Shown here: positions 36,971 through 50,729 of the stretch, piece after piece
Numbering within the stretch: the stretch's first letter is position 1
Layout of the letters: each line of letters opens with the position of its first letter
Assembly: GCA_028534125.1 (NCBI GenBank)
Contig: CM052817.1
Coordinates: 108,378,001-108,442,000 of the forward strand
DNA from: Lama glama
Lineage: Eukaryota
Length of the DNA: 64,000 bases
Direction of reading: 5' to 3'
The notes under the pieces: model-generated
The model's database searches: none
The model's input: only the letters and a program-made list of their open reading frames with translations
What the model was told of the DNA's origin: nothing
Program-made: the position numbers and the translations under genes

Positions 36971-39900
36971 TGATGTATCCAACTTTAACGTTCAGAATGA
37001 TCAGGGGCGACATCCAAGCCCTCTTTACTGAGTGGTTCTTACTCACCAAGTAACATGTCAAATGTACATGACGCCCCACAGTGACAGAGGCTGATGCAAA
37101 GGTAATCCCGTGAAGCTAAAAGGAGCTTGTGTTGAAAACACAAAGGTGAGATGCATGGCCCTTCTTTCGTGGAATGTATATTCTGGAGGGGGAGAAGGGC
37201 TTTTGTCAAATATACAGCCAAAAATATCATACTTCAGTCTTGAAGAATTTAAAGAGAGGTTCGGGACAGCACAAGCGTTCATAATCGGAAGATTTGGGTC
37301 TCTGGGTGTATTAGGGGTAACTTTCTTAAAGAAATTCTATTTGTGCAAAATTAAGTACTTCCACCTTTGTGTTTATACTTTGTAATTATTCCTTTCATGT
37401 TTAAAAACATCCTGTTGACATAGCTACTCCTCCACAGAGCTCCTCCGAGATGGGCTGTGGGTGCCCTCCAGTCTCTCCTATAGTCCAGGGTATCCCCCCA
37501 GGAGGGGCGACTGCTTCCTCGGCCACCTCCTCTCTCTGCCCAAGGAGGGGGCGGCTGGGTTTCTCATTCTCCTCCAGCTGCCATTGCTTCTCCCCGCCAC
37601 ACGGGGTCTCTGTTGACAGCTGGTCCTCCACCGTCGGCCAGGTAAGGCGTCCCTGCATCTCTCCCAGCATCCGCCCGGTTTGGACGCACATCTCGCTGAG
37701 CCAGATGCAGGGAGCACTGCTTCCACATTATTCCAAAAACTGTCTCTGCAGTTCTGAGCCCTCCCTTCATAACTCTCAAAACTCGGAGAGCCCCCTCTGC
37801 CCCTCTGTCCAGGTCAGCACCGGCCCTTGTGAGGACTGTTGGACTAAAAGGCCCGGCTCTAACAGCAGGCAAAACACTGCAGAGGCCCAGAGCCCCTTTT
37901 ACAGACCCGGGAAGCGACTGCGTTTGCTCAGAAAAGGGCAGGGATCTATTTCCAGAGCTCAAAGGAAATTTTCTTCCTAAGGATGACTTCCTAGCACCTT
38001 TCTCTCTAGATCAAAGAAACACAAACAGGCGTTTAACTTGGGGGGATGTATGCAATTAAATACTCTTTAATTAAACATCTTTTCTTTTGTTCTAGCAAAC
38101 ATCGGTATGGAGAAAAATAATAATTAGTCATAATCTCCTGAAGATACGCTATGTATCTAATTACAGCAGTCAGGCTGCCCCAGGGTTGGGGGGGGGGGTC
38201 CCTTCTCTGTTACGAGGAATGCAACTCTTTAAACCTTTCCTTGGCTACTATTTTCTCTCTCTTTCTTCATTTTCCTTATTCTTCCCTGACCTTTTCTAGT
38301 TTGTCCACATCTTTTAGAAAGTATAGCGACCAAAAGTAGCCACAGTTTCCTCATGAAGAGTTCATGAATGCATAATACAGCAGAAAGATTGCTTCCAAAT
38401 GCCCACAAATTATTCCTTTTAATAAATTCCAGAATCCTTACTTACTTGGGTTCAGCATCAAGATTCCAAGTTTCCTTTTATATTTTTGTCTGGTCAGTCC
38501 TTTCCATTTGTTAACTTCTACTAACTGTTATCCTGCTTTAGAAACCAATATTTTTGCTCATGCCACTTTGATCCTTATTTTAACATTTGAGGAAAAGATG
38601 GCAAGATTTCCAAATCCAAGATTATTTCACATCTCAACCCCTTTGTATGTATTAGACTGATCATTCAGTAGTTTCCATGTATTGACCTTTAAAATAATTA
38701 CCTTGTACTCTCCCCCAAATATCTGAACATTTATTTTAAAAAGGCACAATTCAGATAGTAACTTACAATGTCCTGCTGATTCTGGGCAAATTTAATAGCA
38801 TTTTCTCCATCTTAACAATGATGCAACTCTTTTGTACAAAACAAAGACCCGTTTCTATTACATGTCTTTCAATAAAGTGCTATGACTACAGGGAATATTT
38901 TATTTTAGTTTTAACACTAACGTATCTGGAAGCAAATATGTAGATAGAATAATTTCTCTGTATTTTTTATTGCACCATTATTTTAAGTAAGGTCATATGT
39001 ATAAGTTCTATAGCATATAGTTACACTGTTCGGCAGACAATACAATTTATTGTATTGTTCTACTATAATTTATTGAATCAAACACCCTCAAGTCTATGAA
39101 TCTTAAAATGACATTGGAAATCATCACATAAAGCCCCACAGTTAAAGACTCTGAGGTTCAAGCTTCAGAGATTTGTCTAAAATCAATTAATTCGTGATCA
39201 AAACTGGATTAGAAACCCATTTTTCTGAGGCAAAAATCCAAGGTTCTTTCGTCTACACGACACCGTCCTCTGAACTTGCCACTTCAGTAACTTTTCATGC
39301 AATGTAGAGTCCATTGGGAATAACATTGAGAAGCTTTCAGTCTGTGAACTCAAGTACCAAAGAACTGTAGCTTTGCAGCAAAAAAAAATCTTTCATTAGT
39401 ATCAATTAATTTGTTGTAAATATGATTTGTAATTAGCACTAAATGAAATTTGAGACGTATTTTCAAAGAAGATAATAAATAAACATTGTCGATCACTGCC
39501 TGATGGTCTTGCTGGTTTTAAACCCACTGTATCTCTGTTCTGTATCGACCCCCTACGGTGTATGCAGCAAAGCTGAGCTGGAACTCTGCAGGTTACACCT
39601 AACAGACTTCTACAAAAGCAGCTCTCCGGACCCAGAGCAAGATTAGGGGACAGCGGGAGGGGTAGAGGACATCTTCGTCACCCAAGCAGGGGCAGCTGGA
39701 TTCAGCATCCAGCCTCCTCCGCCTCCCTGCTCCCACCCAGAGATAGCAGAGCAGCCAGGCCGGGCCTTCCATGCAGAAAGTTGCCCCAGATTCTGGGGGT
39801 ACGAGTACCCCTTTTCACTCCCCTGACCTAGACTGGGAGCTACTTCCTGCTCTTACTCTATGAGGGTTCGGGGTTTCTCTTTGCTCCTAAATCCTCCAGC

Positions 39901-40314
39901 GCCTCGGTAGCAAATTTCCTGTATTAAATCCTCCCTATTTAAAAGCTTCTGATCCCTGACAGGTAAGGTTGGCCCCGTCAAAAGAAAGATTGGACATTTG
40001 TTTCTCTTTATTTTTTAGAATTTTGTACTATGAAGTTCAGAATTATCTACTGTTAGGGAGAACAAGAGAGAGAGAAAATCAGAGCACGGTGTGAATATCT
40101 ACTTTCCTTGGACAAAAACTCTACAAGTCATCATGAGAAACAAGGTACCTTATGCTAGAATTAAATTCTGAAGTCAGTGTGCAAAATAGAAATAGGGTCC
40201 AATCAAATTAGCCTTGAAAGTCTCTTAATAATTCATTACTACGGCACAAGCAGCTTTGAGCAAAGTGCTGTATTGTAAATATTTATAAAATATGTGCATA
40301 AAAGGCAAAGGATA

Positions 40315-40834
40315 CGTTACCGAGTCCAAACTCATTCTGTTCACCGCACGACAAGCCAATAAATCAAGAGATGGGGTGTTGGGGCAGGGAATAACCACTC
40401 TATTTGGAAAGCCAGCAGACTGAGAAGATAGGGGACTAATATCCTGGAGAACCATCTTCCTCAAGTCAGAATTCAGGCTCTTTTTGTACCAAAAAGGGGA
40501 GGGGGTGTGGTTGGTTGCTGCAAACTTCTTGATGTAGGAATCCTTTGTTCTTGCAGCCATCCACGTGGGTCAGGTCATGGTGTCCTGCAAACCTCCAACA
40601 AGACAAGTGTTAGTTTCTATTCTGCAACTTTTTGCCTCTATATGAATGGAAAAAGTGTTACCCCCTTAAAGGTCAGAGCCTTGAGGATGGGCTCTCCTGT
40701 CTATTTCAGGCTCCAGGCAACATTCTGTTACAAAAGGTGCAGAACCAGCGAGACTGAGCCCAGGAAACAGAGCCCAGGGTTAGAGCCAAAGGAACAGGTC
40801 AAATACGGAGTCAGGTTTTTTCTTCCCTATTACA
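40315..40834 (-). mobile_element. Solo ERV1-class LTR (MER41-like)
   Basis: Minus strand starts TGTAATAGGGAAG...ctgactccgtatttg and ends ...ctcggtaac; about 520 bp. Confidence 0.75.
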
Positions 40835-43239
40835 TACGTTTTTCATCGTATTCATGCAAAATATAATTTAATATTTTTTTGTTTTTGAACATTTATGGTT
40901 GAAGCTTTATAGTTTAAATTTAAATCTAATGCAACTAGGTCAGGCATTTGTAGAATTGGGAGAGGATATAAAAATTAAAATGTTAGCAATTTCCTTAGGA
41001 TGTAGTTTTGAAATCCAAGAGGAGTAACATCAGCTAGCCAAGTTTAGTTGTCTCTAAATATAAAACTCAAAATGTGTATACATGTAAGCACTTGTGTTAA
41101 TTAGAAAGGACTGAATGTACTTCCTACAGCACATCTATTTTATACGAAGTCCTCAGAGGATTTAATAACTGGAGTGAATAAAATTCTAATTTTAAATAAT
41201 TATTTCTAATAATTAATTACAAATAGTACACAGTGTTACTCTGGAAAAAAAAATGACAGTTCTTCCATTTTTGAATCTGTTGTTATTAACGTTTTGCAGA
41301 ATGTCATTCTCATCCTATTAATGCATCATATCATAAAGATGAAGAAAAAGTTGGATTTTTTAAAAGCAAGTTTTCATAGGCAGGAATCTTGCCATATAGT
41401 CTTAAGTATGATGATTAGTCTTTTATTAACGTAACTAATTTGTATCCTGGTGAATTCTTATGATTTACGCAAATGTAATTTTATTAATGATTTTGCTTTA
41501 GAGATAGTATTATCTTCTCTTAGAATTTATATCACTATCAGCTCTGCTTTCCTTATATTCATCCAGTCATGTTATTCTCTGTATTTATTCTCACATGTTA
41601 TCCTCTAAGGTTTTGGAAGAACTGTTTTCTGGAATCAACAATAGAAATACAAACATTATGCTGCACACCAGAAATTGACACAACATTGTACACTGATTAT
41701 AATTTTTAAAAACTAATAGAAACAATTACGGGAAATGGCTCACTTGTTTAATTACACAGAACAACTTAGAAAATTATAAATACATCATAACAATATATAT
41801 GTTTAATTACTAAAACGGATTCTTCTTGATTTATCCATCTTATTCAAGTGGCTTCCTGTGATAACTTCATTGGTGAGGTACAGTGTCTCTTCTATTATAT
41901 TCCAGAAGTATGTGAATTACAATCCACTACTGTCCCCGGCCATCAGCTCGATGACAGTGAAGTGGTTATAAAAATTCCAAAAATTACTTTCTCACAAATA
42001 TGCAAATTAGAAGATAAAATGGTTATTTGAATGAGCTTTATCGGTATGAGAAAAGTCTTTGTTGCTTTGCGTCCTTTGCTTGGAGCAACTTTTGAATTGA
42101 AACTCCATCTGCTTAATTCATAAGCTTAGTCTTTAAAAATCACTCAGCTTCAGCTGCACACACCAGGTTCTTGACTGAATTAGATGCTCTAGTGTAGTGA
42201 GCTGTCTCCAGGTATGAGAGTCCTGGGCAAAGCCTGAGCCTCCTCCCTCCCCTCCCCTTTCTGTGAGCTTGTCCTCCATCCAGGGCATCCCAGGGCCACA
42301 CAGACGGTCGTCTCCAGGCCCGGCCACCCCTGGTGTCCACAGGGAGCACACTGGGCTTGGCCTCCTCCTTCTGTCCCATTTCCCCCACCCAGCCGCATTC
42401 CTTAAAACTCAAGCCACCTGTCACAGCTGGAGGTCAGTCGTGTGATAAAAGAATTCATACAGTGGAATGTAAAGGAAAACTGCCCCAGGACTTTGCAAAA
42501 ACAACCCCAAAACTGATTTTTGGAGGTGATATGATTTGAGATAAAGTGATAAATCCCTAACGGTGAAGTTTTGGTCAGTGTAGCGGGCCAGCGGGAACCA
42601 ATGTGAGGGCTGAGTTCTTAGGGTAGAGACATCCTTTCACTTCCCTGCCTTCCAGCTTTGAAAAGCAGTACCGAGCGTAGCAAGAGGGGAAAGGTCTCCA
42701 TGAGGGTCCACGGGCTTTGAAGTTTGACATTTTTTGTTTCACTTTGAACAATTTCTTGGATAATTCAGGTACACACATTGTAATCTTTGAACTGAGGAAG
42801 CTGAGCCAGAGAAAAACAAATCCAATCTCACTTCAAAGAAAGACATGGACCACAGTCTTCAGCATAAATTAATGTGATTATTGTTCGTTTGGCCACCGCA
42901 AAGACGATTGAATTTTTAACCAGTTAAAGACGGGATCTGGGGCATGATTTTATAAAACCTAAGCCAGATTAGCTTGTTTTATTTGGATCCTGGTTTATCT
43001 CAAGAGTTGGAATTCAAATTATCTTCAGAGCCTGATCTAAGCCCAGGCCATCCTTACAAGAACTGCTTACCTTAGAATCCTGGTGTTTGGTAAAGAAATG
43101 AATATTCATCTTCAAGAACAAATACGGAGATCATAAGTTTATTCAAAAATTAAGGATTTTTAATATGATGTCTCTGTAAGAAAATTAATATTTAAAGGCA
43201 TACTCAGAAATGACCTCTTTGCAGCTTGGATGTGTCCTC

Positions 43240-43580
43240 AAATGAAACCACCAGTACCTTGTGAAACGTGCGGGTGACAAATCAGTAGGTCTAGGGTGGA
43301 GCTCAGGAATCTGCTTTTCTATTAAATGCCCCAAAGGAAGCTGGCACTGCTGGCCTACCTTGAATGGAAGGTTCCAGAACAGTGTTTCCAACAGAACTTC
43401 TGCAACAATGAAAATATTCTCTAACCATGCTTTCAAATAGGAGAGGCACAAAGCATGGTTGGCAAGTAAGCCACCGAAATACGGCAAGTGGGAGTGAATT
43501 TTTAATTTTGGTAAACTTAAGTTGACTAAAGGCTAAATTGTCAGATATGGCTAGCGGCTATCATACTGAACACTGCTACT
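43240..43580. mobile_element. MER5-like fragment followed by MER3-like fragment (hAT-Charlie)
   Basis: cagtaggtctagggtggagctcaggaatctgc (MER5-like); cagtgtttccaacagaacttctg...tatggctagcggcta (MER3-like, from about 43380). Confidence 0.65.
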
Positions 43581-46500
43581 CCCAGACCCCTAACGGCGTC
43601 TGAGAACTGACAGAAGTGAATCCAGCAAAGACCTGGGATGTCTCAGTGCAATCAATCGCCTTTTTCTAATAAGAGGTGTATCTCCCAGAGTAACAAATTG
43701 ACATTTTGAGGTAAACCCTCAGAATGATGTACACATGCTGGAGTCATGGTAGTGATCCAAAGGAAAAGTTTAAGGATTATCTTGATTCACATGATAAAGA
43801 GATAACTAAAGAGGAAAGAGGGGGGAAAAACAGAATAGGATGGCAAGAGAAAGGTTTAAAAGATTCGGAGTGTTGAAGGGACGACCATCATGCTTGAGCA
43901 TCTCTAGAGAGACAGAAAGATAACCTGAATAAACATAGGAAATTTCCCTAGGTCTCAGGTGTTTTTCTGTAAAACTCCTTATTACTCTCCATTTTTTTTT
44001 TGTGCAGTTAGATACAGTTGTCTTTGCATGTGTTACCTCCCATGCCCACATCAATGGGAAAGCCAAGAAAGGCAGGTGGCTCCAAGCTGAGCCTGTGACC
44101 TTTATCCCCACCCAGTCTCCATCCTTCACCTCCATTGAACTCTGGAATTGACTCTCGGCTTGCATCTTCGCGATCTGTGGAAACTGTGGTTGCAACCGTG
44201 ATTGTTAAAGAGGATAAGCGCTTTAGCACATCAAATTATAAAATAAAATTTCTTAACATAGTTCTATGCATATGAACTTGCATCCTTAACACTGCTTAAA
44301 CCTTCAGATAGCCCTGTCTTCTGGCGTTTTATTCCCCATGAAGCAGTGGACTCACAGTCAGCTGGAAAGAGAAGTCTAGGCTGCTGACTGTGTCACGGGG
44401 CTCTCTGACCCATGTTTTTCAGCAGTTTTATGCTGTCTTTTGACCCAGATAGCTCTTTATAACCTTTCTGGCCCGATAATAGATTCTGAATTTCCTGCCT
44501 ACCTGTGAGAGATTCCTGCAACAGATTTTTGCAGACTTTTCCGTTCATCGGTTGAGCCCACAAAATCCCTGCTTAAAATGACATTGGTGAAAGCTATGAA
44601 GAAAACAGCTATTGTTCAGACTGGAAATGTCCACGGCCAAGAATAGCAGCACCTTCTCTGCTGCTGCGTCTGTCATCAGTCTCCTCGTTCTCAGCAATTC
44701 CACACCAGCATGCGGGGAATTTGTTGAACAAAGAAAAATCGAATTAATGAGCCAACAAAAATGATCGACTTCAAAGACGGGATGGAGGTGGAAAAGGTGA
44801 GTGAAAGAATGGACGTGTTCAGTGATGCTGGTGCCTCGCATGACTCTTCTAAAAGATGTCACCCATCAACCTTTGAATAAACAAAACATGCCTTCACGGT
44901 TGGCACTGCGATCGCCTCTTCCGGGGCAGGTTTGGACAAGATCCCAGTGAATATATCACTGACACTCATGTCCAGCACTCTAAACCCTAAGTCGTTCTGT
45001 TGACTCTTCAGAGCCTCTGATGCCTATTTAACTAATTCATTTATACCAGCTGCTGTGACTCTGCATGTAAGTACACAGTAGTCCCTGTGTACACCTCGCC
45101 TGGAAAGGAGAACGTTGACAATCTCTATATAAACGCACAAGTCTTCCTGCTTGGGATGTGGCTCTGATACGTCAGCGCCTGAGAGTGCAGTAAGCAGTTG
45201 AAGACAGATCTTCCTCAGGGTTCTAGCCACTAGACAGAGCAGGACTTAACACCAGGAGACTGGGCTCTGCAGCCAAAACAAACAGGGCAGCAGAAGACAG
45301 ACCCGTTAGAAAGTCAGGACTGACGTATAATAAACAGGCATGAGCTACCAAAAACAGCTGTCAAAAAGCGCACGTTTGAGTGTTCAGTTCAGCCTACGAT
45401 TGAGTCCAGACACTCCAGAGTGTGGCTCTGGGTGATTATTCGTGGCCTGTAGAAATTTTACAGCTGAGATTAGTTGTCATAGTCAAGTTAAACAGAGCAT
45501 TGAGACACTTTAGGGTAATGGCTTCAAACAATATGATAAATACTTGCCCCAATTCTGTGCCTCACGGGGGGATCATGGTGACACGGTGGTGCTGCAGGAA
45601 AAAGCAGCTTGAGGAATCCAAATAGCATGGAATTAAAATGTGTCCACAGCTAGAATTTTTGAAGCATTGTCCTTTAATCCAAATCTTAGGGCTCTTCCTA
45701 TTTGGAAGCGTTTGAAACAATTTGCCACAGTTTCCTTCTCAGTTGGATGAAGAAAATGTCGTCACCCTAAATTTAGCACATGAAACGATGCATTGAAACA
45801 TGTAAAAATTACAACCTGAAATTCCGCAGGTGCGAAACAGGATCCAAAACATTTGTTGGGATTAATAATGGCTCAGCTCTCGCTTTAAGAGTTAAATTTG
45901 CCTTGAGCAGAAATGTACACTTTACCCTCAGAATTTCATTCAGGTACCTTAGCATCTCCTAGAGAGTGCATATGAAAACGGGGGAGTCCCCGGACCCCAC
46001 TCCCTGCAGATTCTGACCTAGTAGGTGTGGGACGGGCACTCGGGGTGGCTCAGGGGTGAACGGTGCCCAGATCACCTTGCAGACGCTGCCCGTGACCGCC
46101 CTGCTGCAGAAGGCGTGTCTCTGTCTCACCCATGGAGCGCCTGCGGCTCCCCTAAGGTCAGGGGTTCCTCTGTGATGAATGCACCTGTGAAAGCAATCAC
46201 ACCGGGTGCTCCATCAAGCTGCTTTCCTCTCTGATAAGTATATGAAGTCTTAAGAGGAAAACGGCTGCTTCTTGGCCTCACCATTGAAATAATTCTTTGT
46301 ATCCCTTTTACCAAGTTCTGATGCCCAGTTCAGGGGAAAGGATGAAGTAAGTTTGACGCATGGTGAAATAATTTTCCTTGATAATGTTTTTCTACTCAAG
46401 ACATTTTTTTTCTTATCCTTTTCGGAAAATGTTAAAAATACATAAAGATTATGTAGTTGAATAAATCAACATCTGACAATAAGATGTTTTCCCCTCATTG

Positions 46501-47039
46501 TCAGATGTGTGTGTCTGCATGTGTGTGACAGAGAGACAAGGAAAAGAAAGTACGGAAAAAGAATGTGGAAAGGAATATATGATGTGTGACTGAATCACAG
46601 TGATGCGTTCCAGAAATTAACACAGCATTGCAAATTGCCTATACTTCAATTTAAAAAGAAAAGAAAAAGAGTATTCTTGGTTGCAGCAAGAGAGAATCAG
46701 AGAATCATGCCTGAAGGCAGGGCAGCTGGTACAGTTCCTACATTCTGCGTGGGACCACATCCCAAAATAAAGGAAAACCAGAAGCAAACGCTGGGCACCG
46801 CAAATGTTTACTCCACAGCAAATCTCTGTGGAGACTTAAAGTCCTCTCATGAGTGATACTATAACACACTGCTGTTATGATACAAAATGGCAAGTCTTCG
46901 TGCCTGACGATCATGCCATAAATACGGAAGAGGAGGGGCGGACAAGGTAATGTAGAGAAGAGGAACCCTGGAATTCTTAAAAGTTCTTGGCCCTTGTATG
47001 TAGTTAACCTTTTGGCCAGGTGGGATTGTCCCATTCTCC

Positions 47040-47186
47040 TTTTTTTAAATAATTTTTTATGGGGTGGGGGGGTTAATCTTAGGTTTATTTATTTGTGTAT
47101 TTTTTTTAAACAGAGGTGTTGGGAGTTGAACCCAGGACCTTGTGCATGCTAGCGTGTGCTCCACCACTGGGCTAAACCCTCCCCCC
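47040..47186 (-). mobile_element. Vic-1-type SINE
   Basis: Reverse head; TSD ccattctcctt / ccattcttctt. Confidence 0.88.
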
Positions 47187-47379
47187 ATTCTTCTTACTGT
47201 TCAACTTGAGGTAACTGTACTGAGACTCTAGAGTTCTTCTGGAAATTAAAACAAAGAGAAACTGATAATCAGACAATACCCACATCAGGGCCATCCCTCA
47301 GTCTTGGCGTTAAGAGCTAATATGAATTTTGTAAAACCTCTATGAAGATGTATCTAAAGGATGTACAACATTTAAAAAG

Positions 47380-47511
47380 ATTTTGTTGGAGGGAGGTAAT
47401 TAGGTTTATTTATTTTTATTTCATTTATTTTTAATGGAGGTGCTGGGGATGGAACCCAGGACCTCAGACATGCTAAGCACACGCTCTACCACTGAGCTAC
47501 ACCTTTGCCCC
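47380..47511 (-). mobile_element. Vic-1-type SINE
   Basis: Reverse head with gggaggtaattaggtttatt tail. Confidence 0.88.
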
Positions 47512-48129
47512 AGGAATGTGCAGCATTTTGTCTAATGTTTTGGATGTGATATGGGGTGAAATTTGTGCTGCTGTGCTTTTAGAATTTTGGGCACTGAGGG
47601 ACTGCAGGACAGTTTTTTCTAAATCATGGTGTTTACCACTCGACAAAGTTGTATCAGGTACATGCAAGAATGTCCCCTGCATTAAGCACTTAAAAATGCA
47701 AATGCATTAGACGCCAGAGGACTCTGCCTGCAGGCCCACTGGGAAACACCAGAGAATTATTCCCATGTGCCCCTGCGTGCTGGTGTGACTCCTCCACTCA
47801 CATGGGGGCCCATAAACCACAGGACACATAAATCACTCCTGCAGTCTCACATGACCCCCTCCTCGTGCCTTCCATCCTAATAAAAATCAATCTTATTACT
47901 TTCATAATGATAAATGTGTTCATGGTAAGTGTGATTTTTTTTCAACCTCGAACATTTTAGTATTATAAAGTTATCAGCTTTACGCTCAAAGGTTTTAAAA
48001 CACATTTACATATAATTGATTTACCATTTAGGACATTAATTGCTAATGTATCAAGTTAGGTGTGATTTGATCATTTGATAGCTTCCAAGGGAAAACATTT
48101 TAATTCATGATTTAAATCATCTGCAGAAA

Positions 48130-48595
48130 AGTCTGATTTTCCTTGACTGGAGATGAAGGGATATCCTGATACATCCACTGTGGATTGAAAACATCTTAAG
48201 TCAAAAAGACACTGAGTATTTCTAAGCTATCAAACATCAGAGCTCACCTAACCCACCTTAAACAGACTCAGAATGCTTACATTAGCCCTCAGGTGGCCAA
48301 AATCATCTAAAATGCAAAGCTCATTTTATCCTAAAGTGTTGACTATTTCATGTCGTTGAATACTGTACCGGAAGTGAAACCCAGAATGGTTGTATGGTTC
48401 CAGAACGGTGGTGAGTATCCGTTGTTCAGTCTTCATGGTCACCAGGTCGCCCAGCATTACCAAAGAGAACTGTCCTGCAGATCACCAGCCCGGGAAAGAC
48501 CAAACTGCAAAATGCCAAGTGTGCCTGTTTCTTCCCCACGATCCTCAAGTCAAAAACTCAGAAGTCAACCCACCAGAAGCCAGGGACCATCATAC
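48130..48595. mobile_element. MER47 / Tigger5-like DNA transposon fossil
   Basis: ccaccttaaacagactcagaatgcttacattagccc...aaaatcatctaa...cagaatggttgtatgg follows the recalled MER47 consensus. Confidence 0.8.
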
Positions 48596-50189
48596 TAGAA
48601 ATTCCCCTCCTCTCTCTTTTTCTCTGTTAAGATAGGAATTTCAATTAAGATTGTGTTTGATTTTCAAAAGTCTCTTTTCACTGAGTAGCTCAAAAGGAAT
48701 GCTGTGGTCCCTTGATTCCTAACACATTTAAATATCTTAAATATTTTGTAAATAAAGTTAATTTTCCTGTAAATTGGGAAGAATTTGGTCTCTATAATTT
48801 AAAATTAAACTGAATTATAAAAGTAAGTAAAAAGAGGGGGAAAACCTCTTGAATAATAAATAATAATCAGCAAAATAATAGAGAAATGCTTAATTTTTCA
48901 CGCAGGTCCACAAGCATAACAACCGGCAAACTAGTGCAGTGAAGCCAAGGAATTTTATAATAAAATTCATGAATAACAATGAAGGGGAAGTTGAAGTCTG
49001 TGTTGAAAAGACACACTTTCAGCTTCTAGTCTTATAAGCAGTATTTTTAAATTCTTTCCATTATTTTAAATTTAAAACAATTTTTTTCCCTATGTTTTGC
49101 TATCTATGCTCATTTCCAACAGATTTTTCTCCTCTGGATAGAATTCTAAAGACGACTTTGGGTTTTAATGGCTTCAGACTCTTGCCTGGAACTACACTGA
49201 GAACAGAGCATCAGACTAAAATATGTCTTTCCTACGAAGGGAAGGAATTTCTAAAATGACAAGATTTTAGAAGGCTTAGGATCTTTTCCTTCATTCTACA
49301 TCTGCTTCTGTCGTGGTGATGGGAGCAGCAGGGGAAAAAAGCAAGTTCAGTTCGCTTGGAGTCCTGCTACAAATTACATGACTCAAGTTTCACTTGGTTT
49401 GCATGAATATCTAGACATAATATTGACAATTCCGTTTCACATCCCCTGAGTTTTAAACTGATGCAAACTCAGAAGAATAAGCCAATATACTCACAAACCA
49501 AGTAAACTTGGGGGACATTTTTCTTGCACTCTAAATAACATTCATTGTAATATTTTTCTCAAGAATCCTTAGAAGATTTTTTCTTCTTTACTTCTGACTG
49601 TACTAGAAAAAAAAAATTAGTAGCAGACCATCTTTACTTCAGGACATTTTTTTCTTAGTGTTGCAATGTGTGGATTTTCCTAGCCTTTGTCAGAAACAAT
49701 ATTGAATCAAGTCAATATATATCTTGGCTAAAAGAGTACATTTATTGCTTTTTATATTAATATCAATATTAATGAAAGATAGCCCCTGGAGCTTCGATTT
49801 TCTTCCCTAAGTCTTAATTAAAAGTTTTTTTTGACCCATGCACAAAAATTATTTATGTATTTACATTTTATGTTAATTTGGTAAGCCTTTAAGTCTGCCT
49901 TTTTATACAGGGTAAATGTTTCTCCTTCATTTATTCAAAACAGATTTACTAGCATCTAAAATCTAAGACCTTGGGAAAAGTTCAAAGATGTGTATGTGTC
50001 ATTCGTGAATTTATTCAGCAGCTACTTCTGAGCATTTGCAATGGGCTAAATCTCAAAAAGAGACACTAGTACAGACACCCAGTTATGAGGAGGTGCGGCT
50101 GCTGCCTGCGAGAATTATTATGTGCGGGCAAATTCTAATGCGGATGTAATTAACATGGGTAAATGGAACTGTGTGTCATAGAGCAAGGG

Positions 50190-50690
50190 TCGGACAGATT
50201 AAAGATGCCGCAAATGCAGTTTCTGTGTCACTTTTCCATTCGACAAGTGAACTCTAATTTAACCTGGGCTGCCCTTAGTACTTTATCTGACTAACAGAAT
50301 GCATTGGAAGTAATGTTATAGGACTTCCAAATTCAGACCATAACATGACTGTGTCTTTATTCCTGACTCTCTTAAAACGTTCACTCTTGGGAGCTCACTC
50401 CCTCCGAGAGCCCAGCTGACATATGGAAGCCACAGGGAGAAGCCACACATCTTGGTGCTCTCGGCAAAAGCCCCAAATCAACACCCAGGTGGAAGCCAGC
50501 ATCAATTACCAGCCTTGAGAATGAGCCCTCTTGGACACCTAGACCAGGAGAAGGTACAGGTGAGCAGGGCCCCAGCTGACCTCACCTGCACCTGTGCTAG
50601 AGACCCCAAGTCAGAGGCAGGATACACTATACGTTCAGTTTTTTGAACAAGGAGTTAGAAATATAATTGTGTTGTCCTAATACTAGCTCA
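50190..50690 (+). mobile_element. MLT1-type MaLR LTR
   Basis: ctgactaacagaatgcattggaagtaatg...agaaatataattgtgttgtcctaatactag resembles MLT1H/J. Confidence 0.65.
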
Positions 50691-50729
50691 TCAGCACGAG
50701 GTAGGAGCCTGGCGGTCTTTCACACCCTC

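Noticed and set aside
37401..37980. 176-aa and overlapping ORFs in a GC-rich patch
   Set aside because: No recognisable protein similarity; adjacent to old L1 fragments and possibly an L1 5' region.
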